Below are positions 40,012 through 54,158 of a stretch of DNA of 64,000 nucleotides, piece by piece. The first letter of the stretch is position 1, and each line of letters starts with the position of its first letter. This DNA comes from Escherichia coli. GTDB lineage: Bacteria; Pseudomonadota; Gammaproteobacteria; Enterobacterales; Enterobacteriaceae. The DNA lies in NCBI RefSeq assembly GCF_041886205.1, contig NZ_CP169029.1. One strand, 5' to 3'. The position numbers and the translations under genes are program-made. A model generated the notes under the pieces. The model searched no databases and was not told the DNA's origin. It saw nothing but the letters and a program-made list of their open reading frames with translations.

Positions 40012-40434
40012 CTAACGCCGATCGAGAGAAATTGCCCCCGGCCCGGTAATTGCCAATAGCAAGAACGCGCCAGCGATACTGACATTCTTCCAGAAATTAA
40101 TCATATTTGGCCCAACCGCATCGCCGGTCATATCCCAGTAATGGTGACCAATCACCGCCGTACCCAGCGTGTAGAAAATAAACAGCACCGCCAGCGGACG
40201 GGTGAAAAAGCCAAGCACGATTAATATCGCGGCGGGCACTTCCATAACTACCGCAATAATCGCTGCCAGCATCGGCATTGGCGCGCCCAACGAGGCCATA
40301 TATTGGACCGTACCGTCAAAGCCCATCATTTTGGGAAAACCAAAAATAATGAAAATTAAGACCACGGCGATACGGGCAATTAATAACAAAACGGGGCGGG
40401 CAGCTCCAAAATCAAAATAACGTAGTGTGTTCAT
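40012..40434 (-). CDS. yphA: DoxX-family inner membrane protein
   Basis: Start refined to [18 protein letters not shown] (140 aa); four TM helices. Confidence 0.8.
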
Positions 40435-40530
40435 AACCAATCCCTTTGCAAGATAATGTGATTTAAACGTAATACACACTCTTGCACCTCGCCACGCCCC
40501 AGGCGTTGAGATATTCGCTAATTATCCTGG

Positions 40531-41742
<1,212 letters not shown>

Positions 41743-42555
41743 TTAAAGATCCAGCCCAGCCGCTACGTGGCGAATGCCGCGAATCGCTAAACCCGCATCA
41801 GCGTTGATCATCACACCGCTTAATGCGCGATTATTGCGCCGCGATGCCAACATCACATACGGCCCCGTAAAATCCGCCGGTTGCGGGAAAAATTGCAGCG
41901 GTAAAATGGCGGCAATTTTCTCCGGCGTCAGAGACTGCATTATCGAGGTTTCACTTTGCCCGAGCGCCTGTGGGCCGCGCAGGTCGCTGGCCATACCACA
42001 CGGGCCGACGCCATTCACCCGCACTTTCGGTGCCAGTTCATAAGCCAGTTGGCGAATAAGTCCGGTTGCGGCATGTTTACTGGCGGTGTACAGCGGGCCA
42101 CCGCCGCCAGGATACCAGGCGGCATTTGACAGTGTGAAAATCATGCTGCCTTCACTGGCGATTAACGCCGGAGCGCAGGCTTTTGCGCCCAGCAGGTAAC
42201 CGAGAACATTGACGTTAAACAGCTCGTGGAAGCCGGTTTCGAGCGTCTCTGCGGGAGTATTAACCAGTGAGGCATTGTGATCCCAGATGCCTGCATTGCC
42301 GATAAAACAATCCAGCTTGCCGGAACGAGTCAGGATCTGATCGACCGCGCGTTGATAATCGGCATAACAGGTCACGTTACCTTCCACCGCCAGAATATGT
42401 TCGCCAAATCGCTGACGCAGACTGGCGACTTTTGCCGCCGACAGTTCCAGCGTGGCAACCTGCGCGCCTTCTTCGATAAATCGCTCGACCAGCGCCAGCC
42501 CTAATCCCGATCCGCCGCCGGTAATAAAAATGGACTCGTTATGCAGATCGCTCAT
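41743..42555 (-). CDS. hcaB: 2,3-dihydroxy-2,3-dihydrophenylpropionate dehydrogenase (SDR)
   Basis: 270-aa ORF with SDR motifs TGGGSGLG and YTASK. Confidence 0.9.
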
Positions 42556-42871
42556 GGCTGCGCCTCCGGTAAGTCGATGAAAATGTCACCACCTTCAACG
42601 TGTACTGGATAAGTGGTGAGCGGATCGGTGGCGGGCAGGCATAACGCTTTCCCCGTTTTCAGGCAAAAACTGGCGGCGTGTAGCGGGCACTCCACCGTGG
42701 CGTCATCTTCCAGATACCCTTCTGACATCGACGCATTACCATGGCTGCAACGATCGTTAATGGCATAAAACTCGCCGCCAACGTTGAACAGGGCGATGAC
42801 GGGCGAGGTATCGATCCGGAGAGCCTCACCCTCCGGCACATCCGCAACGGGACACGCATAAATTCGATTCA

Positions 42872-42872
<1 letters not shown>
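42552..42872 (-). CDS. hcaC: Rieske-type ferredoxin of 3-phenylpropionate dioxygenase
   Basis: 106-aa ORF with Rieske motifs CSHG and CPLH. Confidence 0.9.
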
Positions 42873-44784
<1,912 letters not shown>

Positions 44785-44883
44785 CTATTTTTGTGCCATA
44801 AGGATGTTGCTGGTTGGTTGCTAATATGTGAAATAGTTAATTTCTACCAGCTGAGACGTTTTTTCGATAACAAGGGGAAGGTG

Positions 44884-45774
44884 ATGGAACTACGGCATTT
44901 ACGCTATTTCGTCGCAGTGGCGCAGGCACTGAACTTTACCCGTGCGGCGGAAAAACTGCATACCTCACAGCCTTCGTTAAGCAGCCAGATCCGCGATCTT
45001 GAAAACTGTGTCGGTGTTCCGTTACTGGTGAGGGATAAGCGCAAAGTCGCGTTGACGGCGGCGGGAGAATGTTTTCTCCAGGACGCGCTGGCAATCCTCG
45101 AACAAGCGGAAAATGCCAAATTACGGGCGCGGAAAATTGTTCAGGAAGACAGACAATTAACCATTGGCTTTGTGCCATCGGCGGAAGTGAATTTACTGCC
45201 AAAAGTATTACCGATGTTTCGTCTCAGACAGCCAGACACCTTGATTGAGCTGGTGAGTTTAATCACCACGCAACAGGAGGAAAAAATTCGCCGTGGTGAA
45301 CTCGACGTCGGCTTAATGCGCCATCCTGTTTATAGCCCGGAGATTGATTATCTGGAGCTTTTTGACGAACCATTAGTGGTGGTGTTACCGGTTGATCACC
45401 CTTTAGCACATGAAAAAGAGATCACCGCCGCGCAACTGGATGGCGTGAATTTCGTCAGTACCGATCCGGCGTATTCCGGTTCGCTTGCGCCGATCGTTAA
45501 AGCGTGGTTTGCACAAGAAAACAGCCAGCCAAATATCGTCCAGGTGGCAACGAATATTCTGGTGACCATGAATCTGGTGGGCATGGGGCTGGGCGTCACT
45601 TTGATACCCGGTTATATGAATAATTTTAATACCGGGCAGGTTGTTTTTCGTCCCATTGCCGGAAATGTGCCTTCCATTGCTTTACTGATGGCGTGGAAGA
45701 AAGGGGAGATGAAGCCGGCATTACGCGATTTCATCGCCATTGTGCAGGAACGTTTGGCAAGCGTAACGGCATAA
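44884..45774 (+). CDS. hcaR: LysR-family activator of the hca operon
   Basis: Start refined to MELRHLRYFVAVAQALNFTRAAEKL (296 aa); divergent from hcaE. Confidence 0.85.
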   Translation: MELRHLRYFVAVAQALNFTRAAEKLHTSQPSLSSQIRDLENCVGVPLLVRDKRKVALTAAGECFLQDALAILEQAENAKLRARKIVQEDRQLTIGFVPSAEVNLLPKVLPMFRLRQPDTLIELVSLITTQQEEKIRRGELDVGLMRHPVYSPEIDYLELFDEPLVVVLPVDHPLAHEKEITAAQLDGVNFVSTDPAYSGSLAPIVKAWFAQENSQPNIVQVATNILVTMNLVGMGLGVTLIPGYMNNFNTGQVVFRPIAGNVPSIALLMAWKKGEMKPALRDFIAIVQERLASVTA

Positions 45775-45933
45775 TTACGCATTATCTTTGCAACATGCGT
45801 CACGGATCGCAGTTTTTGAGTGCTTGTGAACTGGCGTTACAGACATCGGGAAGCAGGCTCGAATATTCTTATTTTTCAACTTGCACCAACATTCGATTAA
45901 CTCCAGACTAACGCCTCCTGACGGGAGGGACTC

Positions 45934-47073
45934 ATGGTTTTGCAATCCACGCGCTGGTTGGCGCTCGGCTATTTCACATACTTTTTTAGTTACGGCATTT
46001 TTCTACCTTTCTGGAGCGTCTGGCTTAAAGGGATTGGTTTAACGCCAGAAACCATCGGCCTGTTATTGGGGGCAGGTCTGGTTGCCCGTTTTCTCGGGAG
46101 TTTGCTCATCGCGCCCCGCGTCAGCGATCCTTCCCGCCTGATTTCCGCCTTGCGCGTGCTGGCACTGCTGACACTTCTCTTTGCTGTCGCCTTCTGGGCG
46201 GGGGCGCACGTAGCGTGGCTGATGCTGGTGATGATTGGCTTTAACCTCTTTTTCTCACCGCTGGTACCGTTGACCGATGCACTGGCGAATACGTGGCAAA
46301 AGCAGTTCCCGCTTGATTACGGCAAAGTGCGACTGTGGGGCTCGGTGGCGTTTGTCATTGGCTCGGCGCTGACGGGCAAACTGGTCACTATGTTTGATTA
46401 TCGGGTGATCCTCGCGCTGTTGACGTTGGGCGTGGCATCCATGCTGCTCGGCTTTCTCATCCGTCCGACGATTCAGCCACAAGGGGCAAGCCGCCAGCAG
46501 GAGAGCACCGGTTGGTCTGCGTGGTTGGCGCTGGTTCGCCAGAACTGGCGCTTTCTGGCCTGCGTTTGTTTATTGCAGGGGGCACATGCGGCCTATTACG
46601 GTTTTAGCGCCATTTACTGGCAGGCAGCTGGCTACTCGGCCTCGGCGGTGGGGTATTTGTGGTCGCTGGGCGTGGTGGCGGAAGTCATTATCTTTGCGCT
46701 GAGTAATAAACTTTTCCGCCGTTGTAGTGCTCGCGATATGCTGTTGATCTCGGCGATTTGCGGCGTAGTGCGCTGGGGCATTATGGGAGCAACTACGGCG
46801 TTGCCGTGGTTGATAGTGGTGCAAATTCTGCATTGCGGCACCTTCACGGTCTGCCACCTGGCCGCCATGCGTTATATTGCTGCTCGCCAGGGTAGCGAAG
46901 TCATCCGTTTACAGGCGGTTTACTCTGCCGTCGCGATGGGCGGCAGTATCGCTATCATGACCGTTTTCGCCGGTTTCCTGTATCAATATCTGGGCCACGG
47001 CGTGTTCTGGGTGATGGCGCTGGTGGCGCTTCCGGCAATGTTTTTGCGCCCGAAAGTTGTTCCCTCATGCTGA
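45934..47073 (+). CDS. hcaT: MFS transporter (probable 3-phenylpropionate permease)
   Basis: 379-aa 12-TM ORF. Confidence 0.85.
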   Translation: MVLQSTRWLALGYFTYFFSYGIFLPFWSVWLKGIGLTPETIGLLLGAGLVARFLGSLLIAPRVSDPSRLISALRVLALLTLLFAVAFWAGAHVAWLMLVMIGFNLFFSPLVPLTDALANTWQKQFPLDYGKVRLWGSVAFVIGSALTGKLVTMFDYRVILALLTLGVASMLLGFLIRPTIQPQGASRQQESTGWSAWLALVRQNWRFLACVCLLQGAHAAYYGFSAIYWQAAGYSASAVGYLWSLGVVAEVIIFALSNKLFRRCSARDMLLISAICGVVRWGIMGATTALPWLIVVQILHCGTFTVCHLAAMRYIAARQGSEVIRLQAVYSAVAMGGSIAIMTVFAGFLYQYLGHGVFWVMALVALPAMFLRPKVVPSC

Positions 47074-48345
47074 TTCGAGCATTTTGCGGATCTGCTCCTG
47101 TTGATGTGTTGTCAGTGTCAGGTCCGTATAGATCAGCGGTGGTGAAAAGAGCGGTAACGGCATGGTATAAGGAGCAATAATCAGTGCCGCGCCTCGCGGA
47201 GCGCCTGTCTGCAAAAATGCCTTTACCGACATATGCTTAATGTTGAGCGGCAGTAACGTTAGTTCGCGTAACTGCTGCTCAATCTGCGCTTCTCGCTCGC
47301 TATCATTCCCGGTCAGTAGAATAATCTGTTTTTCATGCAGATCGTTTTCCTGCATTAGCCAGGCACCGAAAATCACCGCGACCAGACCACTTTCCTCATC
47401 AGAAAGATGGACGCCGTATTCACTTTCAAATCCGGCCAGCGCCGCGCGGGTGGTGCGCACCAGGCGTGGGTACAGTCTGGCGAACTCTTCCGGCAGGGTA
47501 TTATCAATACCGATGGCAAACAAACTGCGATTTAACGCCTGGGCGAGGTGGGTATAAAGCTGATCGCATAACCCCTGTTCATCATAAAAACGAACATTTC
47601 CCAGCTCACGAAAATGGTTTACCAGACGTTTGATAGACTGACGCAATTGTCTGTCTCGCTGATGCGCATCACGCAATGGATCGGGAACCCGCAACATGGA
47701 AAAAAGTAATGCCATAAACAGTGGCTCATCAGGCGGTACAGGCTGGAGCGCCCGACGCTGCCAGTGGCGTCCAATTTCCTGCGCTACCTGAAATTCAAGG
47801 CAGGATTCCGCCCAGCGACGTTGGAGCGGATTAAACTGAGGCGTCATTCCAGCGTGGTGCTGCAGCAAACAATATTGCAGATACAGACACAGGAAATGAA
47901 TATCGCGCGATTCAAAGCGTTTTTGCAGCCGTCGGGAGCAGAGATTCACTAACGCTTGTAGATTGGTATCGTCGTAAAAGTTACGCGCAATTCCGCGCCG
48001 CTTCAATTCACTCTTCAGGGCGGGGGTGAATTGGCTGGTAATAAATGACGGACACAGACGGAAACCACGTCGTAGCCAGTGAAATAAACACAAACGTTGG
48101 TTAAGCACTGTACCTTCAACCCGGTAGCTACCGTCATAACCAGTCGTCAGTGTGAGTTGATGATAGCGCAGGATCTCCCGTCCTGTTTCGCTGATATCAA
48201 GACTGGCAATATCATCATCCACACCATTAAGCTCGCTGAAGGTTGCCATGGTGGCGGTCAACCCCGGCTGAAAGAGCGTCAGCAAGATCTGGCAGCGGCG
48301 CTGGGGAGCCGAAAGGACAGATGGTGGAGCAAGCGTAGGCATCAT
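47065..48345 (-). CDS. csiE: stationary-phase inducible protein CsiE
   Basis: Start refined to MMPTLAPPSVLSAPQRR (426 aa). Confidence 0.8.
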   Translation of the reverse strand: MMPTLAPPSVLSAPQRRCQILLTLFQPGLTATMATFSELNGVDDDIASLDISETGREILRYHQLTLTTGYDGSYRVEGTVLNQRLCLFHWLRRGFRLCPSFITSQFTPALKSELKRRGIARNFYDDTNLQALVNLCSRRLQKRFESRDIHFLCLYLQYCLLQHHAGMTPQFNPLQRRWAESCLEFQVAQEIGRHWQRRALQPVPPDEPLFMALLFSMLRVPDPLRDAHQRDRQLRQSIKRLVNHFRELGNVRFYDEQGLCDQLYTHLAQALNRSLFAIGIDNTLPEEFARLYPRLVRTTRAALAGFESEYGVHLSDEESGLVAVIFGAWLMQENDLHEKQIILLTGNDSEREAQIEQQLRELTLLPLNIKHMSVKAFLQTGAPRGAALIIAPYTMPLPLFSPPLIYTDLTLTTHQQEQIRKMLESA

Positions 48346-48535
48346 CTGTAGATCTCCCATAAGCATAATTGATAAGAATAGCTAAAGTTTGCTCAGGGAA
48401 ATGGCGAAGTGAATGCTAATCATCAGAAATGTTGGCAAGCGTCACAGAATTTTTCTCATCTTAAACTGTTCTGACCAGTGGATTAGCATGTCTTAAGGTG
48501 GTTTTGTGAATGATTATCGCGCTAGCGATCATGGG

Positions 48536-49390
48536 TTAGTTCTGCGGATTCAACGCGCTAAGGATAAAGTCCACCATCTGTTCGCGATAAACATCGCCGT
48601 GACGATCGGAAAAAGCATCAATGTGTTCGCCATCCGGGATTAGGATCAACCGTTTTGGCTCTTTTGCCAGGCTATACAACTTTTCGCTGTGCTGCCATGG
48701 GATAACGTGATCAGCTTTACCATGTATAAGTAAAAGCGGGATCGGGCTGACGCTGGCGATGTAATTTTCGCCGCTGTAACTCTCATCAAGTAAGTAGCCA
48801 CTGCCGGGGATCATCTGGTTGGCGATGGTTGCATAAGAGGCAAATGTGGAGTCGAGGATCACCGCACGTATGCCTTCACGATCACCCTGACCAATAACAG
48901 CAAGAATATTCGCCCCGCCAATACTCTGCCCGAACAGCACCAGCCGTTGTGGGTTTACATCACTGCGATGGCGCACCACATTGATGGCGCTTTGCGTATC
49001 GTCCAGCAATCCGGCCTGGGACGGCGTGCCTTTTGATTTACCAAACCCGCGATAATCAAACATAAAAACGTTGAAATTACGCTCGGGTAACCAACTGACC
49101 AGCGGCCAGTGGGCGGACATATTTCCGGCATTGCCGTGAGCATGAATGATGGTTGCGATGGCGTTGTCAGCAGGGCCCGTCGAAGAAGGGATAAACCAGC
49201 CTTGCAGACGAGTACCGTCCTTAGCCGTAAATTCGACGGATTCCGCCGACCATGGGTCGGGACCGTAAATTTTATCGTCAGGATAATAGAAGAAGTTGAT
49301 GGCAACACGCGGCACTAAATAAACGCAGAAGGCAACAACAAAGAGAATAAACAGAATTTTGGGAACGCGTTTGTTCACTGGCAGTGCCAT
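48536..49390 (-). CDS. yfhR: alpha/beta-hydrolase (S9-like peptidase/esterase)
   Basis: Start refined to MALPVNKRVPK (284 aa), preceded by AGGAAAGG RBS; nucleophile elbow GQSIGG, N-terminal TM anchor. Confidence 0.75.
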   Translation of the reverse strand: MALPVNKRVPKILFILFVVAFCVYLVPRVAINFFYYPDDKIYGPDPWSAESVEFTAKDGTRLQGWFIPSSTGPADNAIATIIHAHGNAGNMSAHWPLVSWLPERNFNVFMFDYRGFGKSKGTPSQAGLLDDTQSAINVVRHRSDVNPQRLVLFGQSIGGANILAVIGQGDREGIRAVILDSTFASYATIANQMIPGSGYLLDESYSGENYIASVSPIPLLLIHGKADHVIPWQHSEKLYSLAKEPKRLILIPDGEHIDAFSDRHGDVYREQMVDFILSALNPQN

Positions 49391-49534
49391 AACCTTTCCT
49401 TGCGACTTCTTTATCATCCATTAATTGGGGAAAGATGGTGGGAGAGTGACGAAAGAAAGTAAAGCGGTGAGGAAGTATTTCGGAATAGCGCCTGAAAGGC
49501 GAGGGCGGGTGAGTGATATCACCCGCCTGAGTCA

Positions 49535-50338
49535 TTAACGCTTCAGAGCGTCGCTTAACTCGTCACGCATGTTCGCCAGCATGGCTTTAACAACACGCGG
49601 GTTACCAGCAACGATGTTACCGGTCAGCATATAGTTATGACCACCGGTGAAGTCGCTGACGATGCCGCCCGCTTCACGAACCAGCAGCTCGCCTGCAGCG
49701 AAGTCCCACGGGCGCAGACCGATTTCAAAGAAACCGTCAACACGACCCGCAGCGACGTAAGCCAGATCCAGCGCCGCAGAACCGGTACGACGGAAGTCTG
49801 CACATTCGTTGAACAGTTTGCCGACGATGTTGATGTAGGTAGTGGCGTACTGTTTTGCTTTGAACGGGAAGCCGGTCGCCAGAATAGTACCGTCGAGATC
49901 GCGAGCGGTGCTGCCGCGCAGACGGTAGCCGTTCAGCTGTGCGCCCTGACCGCGAGTGGCGGTGAACAGTTCGTTACGCATAGGATCGTATACCACAGCA
50001 ACTTCGGTGCGGCCTTTGATACGAACGGCGATAGATACCGCGAAGTGCGGCAGACGTTTGATAAAGTTGGTAGTGCCATCCAGTGGATCGATAACCCATT
50101 GAACATCCTGATCGGTACCTTCAAGTTCACCGCTTTCTTCGGTGATGATGGTGTGCTGTGGGTAAGATTTACGAATCGTGTCGATAATCACCGCTTCGGC
50201 AGCTTTATCTACGTTGGTCACGAAATCGTTACTGCCTTTCTGGCTCGCTTCTACAGCGTCCGGGGTTTCATAGTTTTTGGCAATTAAATTACCCGCCTTG
50301 CGCGCTGCGCGCACGGCGATGTTCAGCATCGGATGCAT
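49535..50338 (-). CDS. suhB: inositol monophosphatase family protein
   Basis: 267-aa ORF with IMPase motifs DPLDGT and WDFAAG. Confidence 0.9.
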   Translation of the reverse strand: MHPMLNIAVRAARKAGNLIAKNYETPDAVEASQKGSNDFVTNVDKAAEAVIIDTIRKSYPQHTIITEESGELEGTDQDVQWVIDPLDGTTNFIKRLPHFAVSIAVRIKGRTEVAVVYDPMRNELFTATRGQGAQLNGYRLRGSTARDLDGTILATGFPFKAKQYATTYINIVGKLFNECADFRRTGSAALDLAYVAAGRVDGFFEIGLRPWDFAAGELLVREAGGIVSDFTGGHNYMLTGNIVAGNPRVVKAMLANMRDELSDALKR

Positions 50339-50456
50339 CGGTCTCTCTCACTGGATGTTAAAGAACGGGAAAACGGCGCAGAGTATAGCAGCGAGATCGG
50401 CATCTGTCTTCGTTTTATGATAAGATGCGCGAATAATCTTTAGATGAAGAAAGACA

Positions 50457-51194
50457 ATGCTGCAAAATATTCGAATTGTGCTGGTGGAGACGTCACACAC
50501 CGGCAATATGGGTTCTGTTGCCCGTGCCATGAAAACAATGGGATTAACCAACCTGTGGCTGGTTAATCCACTGGTGAAACCTGACTCCCAGGCGATTGCC
50601 CTGTCAGCAGGGGCCAGCGATGTGATTGGTAATGCTCACATCGTCGATACGCTCGACGAAGCATTAGCTGGTTGTAGCCTGGTGGTGGGCACCAGTGCAC
50701 GCTCCCGCACGCTGCCGTGGCCGATGCTCGACCCGCGCGAATGTGGTCTGAAAAGCGTCGCTGAAGCGGCAAATACCCCGGTGGCGCTGGTTTTTGGTCG
50801 CGAGCGCGTCGGCTTGACCAATGAAGAGTTGCAGAAATGCCATTATCATGTCGCGATTGCCGCTAACCCTGAATACAGTTCGCTGAATCTGGCGATGGCG
50901 GTTCAGGTTATTGCCTATGAAGTGCGCATGGCCTGGCTTGCAACTCAGGAAAATGGTGAGCAGGTCGAGCATGAAGAGACGCCGTATCCGCTGGTCGATG
51001 ATCTGGAGCGTTTTTATGGTCATCTGGAACAAACGCTGCTGGCAACCGGTTTTATCCGTGAAAACCATCCGGGGCAGGTGATGAATAAATTGCGCCGTCT
51101 GTTTACCCGTGCGCGCCCGGAAAGCCAGGAATTGAATATCCTGCGCGGGATTCTGGCTTCTATTGAGCAGCAGAATAAAGGTAACAAGGCCTGA
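50457..51194 (+). CDS. trmJ: tRNA (cytidine/uridine32-2'-O)-methyltransferase (SpoU family)
   Basis: 245-aa ORF, SPOUT fold [24 protein letters not shown]. Confidence 0.85.
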   Translation: MLQNIRIVLVETSHTGNMGSVARAMKTMGLTNLWLVNPLVKPDSQAIALSAGASDVIGNAHIVDTLDEALAGCSLVVGTSARSRTLPWPMLDPRECGLKSVAEAANTPVALVFGRERVGLTNEELQKCHYHVAIAANPEYSSLNLAMAVQVIAYEVRMAWLATQENGEQVEHEETPYPLVDDLERFYGHLEQTLLATGFIRENHPGQVMNKLRRLFTRARPESQELNILRGILASIEQQNKGNKA

Positions 51195-51221
51195 GGGCTA
51201 AGCCAGATAAGTGCACGGACG

Positions 51222-51262
51222 GTCCCCTCGCCCCTTCGGGGAGAGGGTTAGGGTGAGGGGAA
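51222..51262. repeat. GC-rich intergenic repeat (box C-like) between trmJ and iscR
   Basis: tcccctcgccccttcggggagagggttagggtgagggg, an imperfect GC-rich palindrome resembling E. coli box C repeats. Confidence 0.4.
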
Positions 51263-51384
51263 GAGGCCAGCGCTAATGCGAATAATTGCCCTCAACCCGC
51301 CCATGGTCTGGAAGGACAACAGGTACAAACGCCACGATAAAAAAATGGCACTGAAGGTTAAATACCCGACTAAATCAGTCAAGT

Positions 51385-51445
51385 AAATAGTTGACCAATT
51401 TACTCGGGAATGTCAGACTTGACCCTGCTATGCAATACCCCCACT
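51385..51445 (+). promoter_or_regulatory. iscR promoter with IscR type-1 binding sites
   Basis: atagttgaccaatttactcgggaatgtcagacttgaccc immediately upstream of iscR, matching the known IscR-repressed promoter. Confidence 0.55.
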
Positions 51446-51494
51446 TTTACAATAAAAAACCCCGGGCAGGGGCGAGTTTGAGGTGAAGTAAGAC

Positions 51495-51983
51495 ATGAGA
51501 CTGACATCTAAAGGGCGCTATGCCGTGACCGCAATGCTTGACGTTGCGCTCAACTCTGAAGCGGGCCCGGTACCGTTGGCTGATATTTCCGAACGTCAGG
51601 GAATTTCCCTTTCTTATCTGGAACAACTGTTTTCCCGTCTGCGTAAAAATGGTCTGGTTTCCAGCGTACGTGGACCAGGCGGTGGTTATCTGTTAGGCAA
51701 AGATGCCAGCAGCATCGCCGTTGGCGAAGTGATTAGCGCCGTTGACGAATCTGTAGATGCCACCCGTTGTCAGGGTAAAGGCGGCTGTCAGGGCGGCGAT
51801 AAATGCCTGACCCACGCGCTGTGGCGTGATTTGAGCGACCGTCTCACCGGTTTTCTCAACAACATTACTTTAGGCGAACTGGTTAATAACCAGGAAGTGC
51901 TGGATGTGTCTGGTCGTCAGCATACTCACGACGCGCCACGCACCCGCACACAAGACGCGATCGACGTTAAGTTACGCGCTTAA
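51495..51983 (+). CDS. iscR: Fe-S cluster assembly transcriptional regulator IscR
   Basis: 162-aa Rrf2-family ORF. Confidence 0.95.
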
Positions 51984-52094
51984 TAAAAAGAATTCAGAAT
52001 CAGGCCGGGGCGTATCGCGCTCCGTAAACACGGTCGTACATCCAGCCGGTAGCCTGGTTCCTTGCATTGAGTGATGTACGGAGTTTATAGAGCA

Positions 52095-53309
52095 ATGAAA
52101 TTACCGATTTATCTCGACTACTCCGCAACCACGCCGGTGGACCCGCGTGTTGCCGAGAAAATGATGCAGTTCATGACGATGGACGGAACCTTTGGTAACC
52201 CGGCCTCTCGTTCTCACCGTTTCGGCTGGCAGGCTGAAGAAGCGGTAGATATCGCCCGTAATCAGATTGCCGATCTGGTCGGCGCTGATCCGCGTGAAAT
52301 CGTCTTTACCTCTGGTGCAACCGAATCTGACAACCTGGCGATCAAAGGTGCAGCCAACTTTTATCAGAAAAAAGGCAAGCACATCATCACCAGCAAAACC
52401 GAACACAAAGCGGTACTGGATACCTGCCGTCAGCTGGAGCGCGAAGGTTTTGAAGTCACTTACCTGGCACCGCAGCGTAACGGCATTATCGACCTGAAAG
52501 AACTTGAAGCAGCGATGCGTGACGACACCATCCTTGTTTCCATCATGCACGTAAATAACGAAATCGGCGTAGTGCAGGATATCGCGGCTATCGGCGAAAT
52601 GTGCCGTGCTCGTGGCATTATCTATCACGTGGATGCAACCCAGAGCGTGGGCAAACTGCCTATCGACCTGAGTCAGTTGAAAGTTGACCTGATGTCTTTC
52701 TCCGGCCACAAAATTTATGGCCCGAAAGGTATCGGTGCGCTGTATGTGCGTCGTAAACCACGCGTACGCATCGAAGCGCAAATGCACGGCGGCGGTCACG
52801 AGCGCGGTATGCGTTCCGGCACTCTGCCTGTTCACCAGATCGTCGGAATGGGCGAAGCCTATCGCATCGCAAAAGAAGAGATGGCGACCGAGATGGAACG
52901 TCTGCGCGGCCTGCGTAACCGTCTGTGGAACGGCATCAAAGATATCGAAGAAGTTTACCTGAACGGTGACCTGGAACACGGTGCGCCGAACATTCTCAAC
53001 GTCAGCTTCAACTACGTTGAAGGTGAGTCGCTGATTATGTCGCTGAAAGACCTTGCGGTTTCTTCAGGTTCCGCCTGTACGTCAGCAAGCCTCGAACCGT
53101 CCTACGTGCTGCGCGCGCTGGGGCTGAACGACGAGCTGGCACATAGCTCTATCCGTTTCTCTTTAGGTCGTTTTACTACTGAAGAAGAGATCGACTACAC
53201 CATCGAGTTAGTTCGTAAATCCATCGGTCGTCTGCGTGACCTTTCTCCGCTGTGGGAAATGTACAAGCAGGGCGTGGATCTGAACAGCATCGAATGGGCT
53301 CATCATTAA
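52095..53309 (+). CDS. iscS: cysteine desulfurase IscS
   Basis: Start refined to [16 protein letters not shown] (404 aa); PLP lysine [12 protein letters not shown], active-site SSGSACTS. Confidence 0.95.
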   Translation: MKLPIYLDYSATTPVDPRVAEKMMQFMTMDGTFGNPASRSHRFGWQAEEAVDIARNQIADLVGADPREIVFTSGATESDNLAIKGAANFYQKKGKHIITSKTEHKAVLDTCRQLEREGFEVTYLAPQRNGIIDLKELEAAMRDDTILVSIMHVNNEIGVVQDIAAIGEMCRARGIIYHVDATQSVGKLPIDLSQLKVDLMSFSGHKIYGPKGIGALYVRRKPRVRIEAQMHGGGHERGMRSGTLPVHQIVGMGEAYRIAKEEMATEMERLRGLRNRLWNGIKDIEEVYLNGDLEHGAPNILNVSFNYVEGESLIMSLKDLAVSSGSACTSASLEPSYVLRALGLNDELAHSSIRFSLGRFTTEEEIDYTIELVRKSIGRLRDLSPLWEMYKQGVDLNSIEWAHH

Positions 53310-53336
53310 TCGGTATCGGAATCAGGAGAATTTATA

Positions 53337-53723
53337 ATGGCTTACAGCGAAAAAGTTATCGACCATTACGAGAATCCGCGTAACGTGGGTTCCTTTGACA
53401 ACAACGACGAGAACGTCGGCAGCGGCATGGTGGGTGCACCGGCCTGTGGCGACGTAATGAAGTTGCAGATTAAAGTCAACGATGAAGGTATCATTGAAGA
53501 CGCGCGTTTTAAAACTTACGGCTGCGGTTCTGCTATCGCTTCCAGCTCCCTGGTCACCGAATGGGTGAAAGGGAAGTCTCTCGACGAAGCGCAGGCGATC
53601 AAAAACACCGATATTGCTGAAGAACTTGAACTGCCGCCGGTGAAAATTCACTGTTCTATTCTGGCAGAAGACGCGATCAAAGCCGCCATTGCGGACTATA
53701 AAAGCAAACGTGAAGCAAAATAA
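53337..53723 (+). CDS. iscU: Fe-S cluster scaffold IscU
   Basis: 128-aa ORF with GAPACGDVM and LPPVK motifs. Confidence 0.95.
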   Translation: MAYSEKVIDHYENPRNVGSFDNNDENVGSGMVGAPACGDVMKLQIKVNDEGIIEDARFKTYGCGSAIASSSLVTEWVKGKSLDEAQAIKNTDIAEELELPPVKIHCSILAEDAIKAAIADYKSKREAK

Positions 53724-53739
53724 GAGTTGAGGTTTGGTT

Positions 53740-54063
53740 ATGTCGATTACACTGAGCGACAGTGCAGCAGCGCGAGTAAATACCTTTCTGGCTAACCGCG
53801 GCAAAGGGTTTGGCCTGCGTCTGGGCGTGAGAACCTCTGGATGTTCAGGTATGGCTTATGTACTGGAATTTGTTGACGAACCGACGCCGGAAGACATCGT
53901 GTTTGAAGACAAAGGCGTGAAAGTCGTGGTCGATGGCAAAAGCCTGCAATTTCTGGACGGTACGCAACTGGACTTCGTAAAAGAAGGCCTGAACGAAGGG
54001 TTTAAATTCACCAACCCGAACGTCAAAGATGAGTGTGGTTGCGGCGAAAGCTTCCACGTTTGA
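53740..54063 (+). CDS. iscA: Fe-S cluster carrier IscA
   Basis: Start refined to [10 protein letters not shown] (107 aa); C-terminal CGCGESF. Confidence 0.95.
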   Translation: MSITLSDSAAARVNTFLANRGKGFGLRLGVRTSGCSGMAYVLEFVDEPTPEDIVFEDKGVKVVVDGKSLQFLDGTQLDFVKEGLNEGFKFTNPNVKDECGCGESFHV

Positions 54064-54158
54064 TGCGCATACCGATAACCCCACCGTGGTCGCCTGCGCG
54101 TGGGGTTTGTTTTACCTGATTCGCCGTTATCGCGGCGGATCGCAGCCCTGAGAATGTT

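Noticed and set aside
52101-52979. 292-aa minus-strand ORF antisense to iscS
   Set aside because: Fully embedded in the highly conserved iscS coding sequence; no RBS; iscS identity is unambiguous
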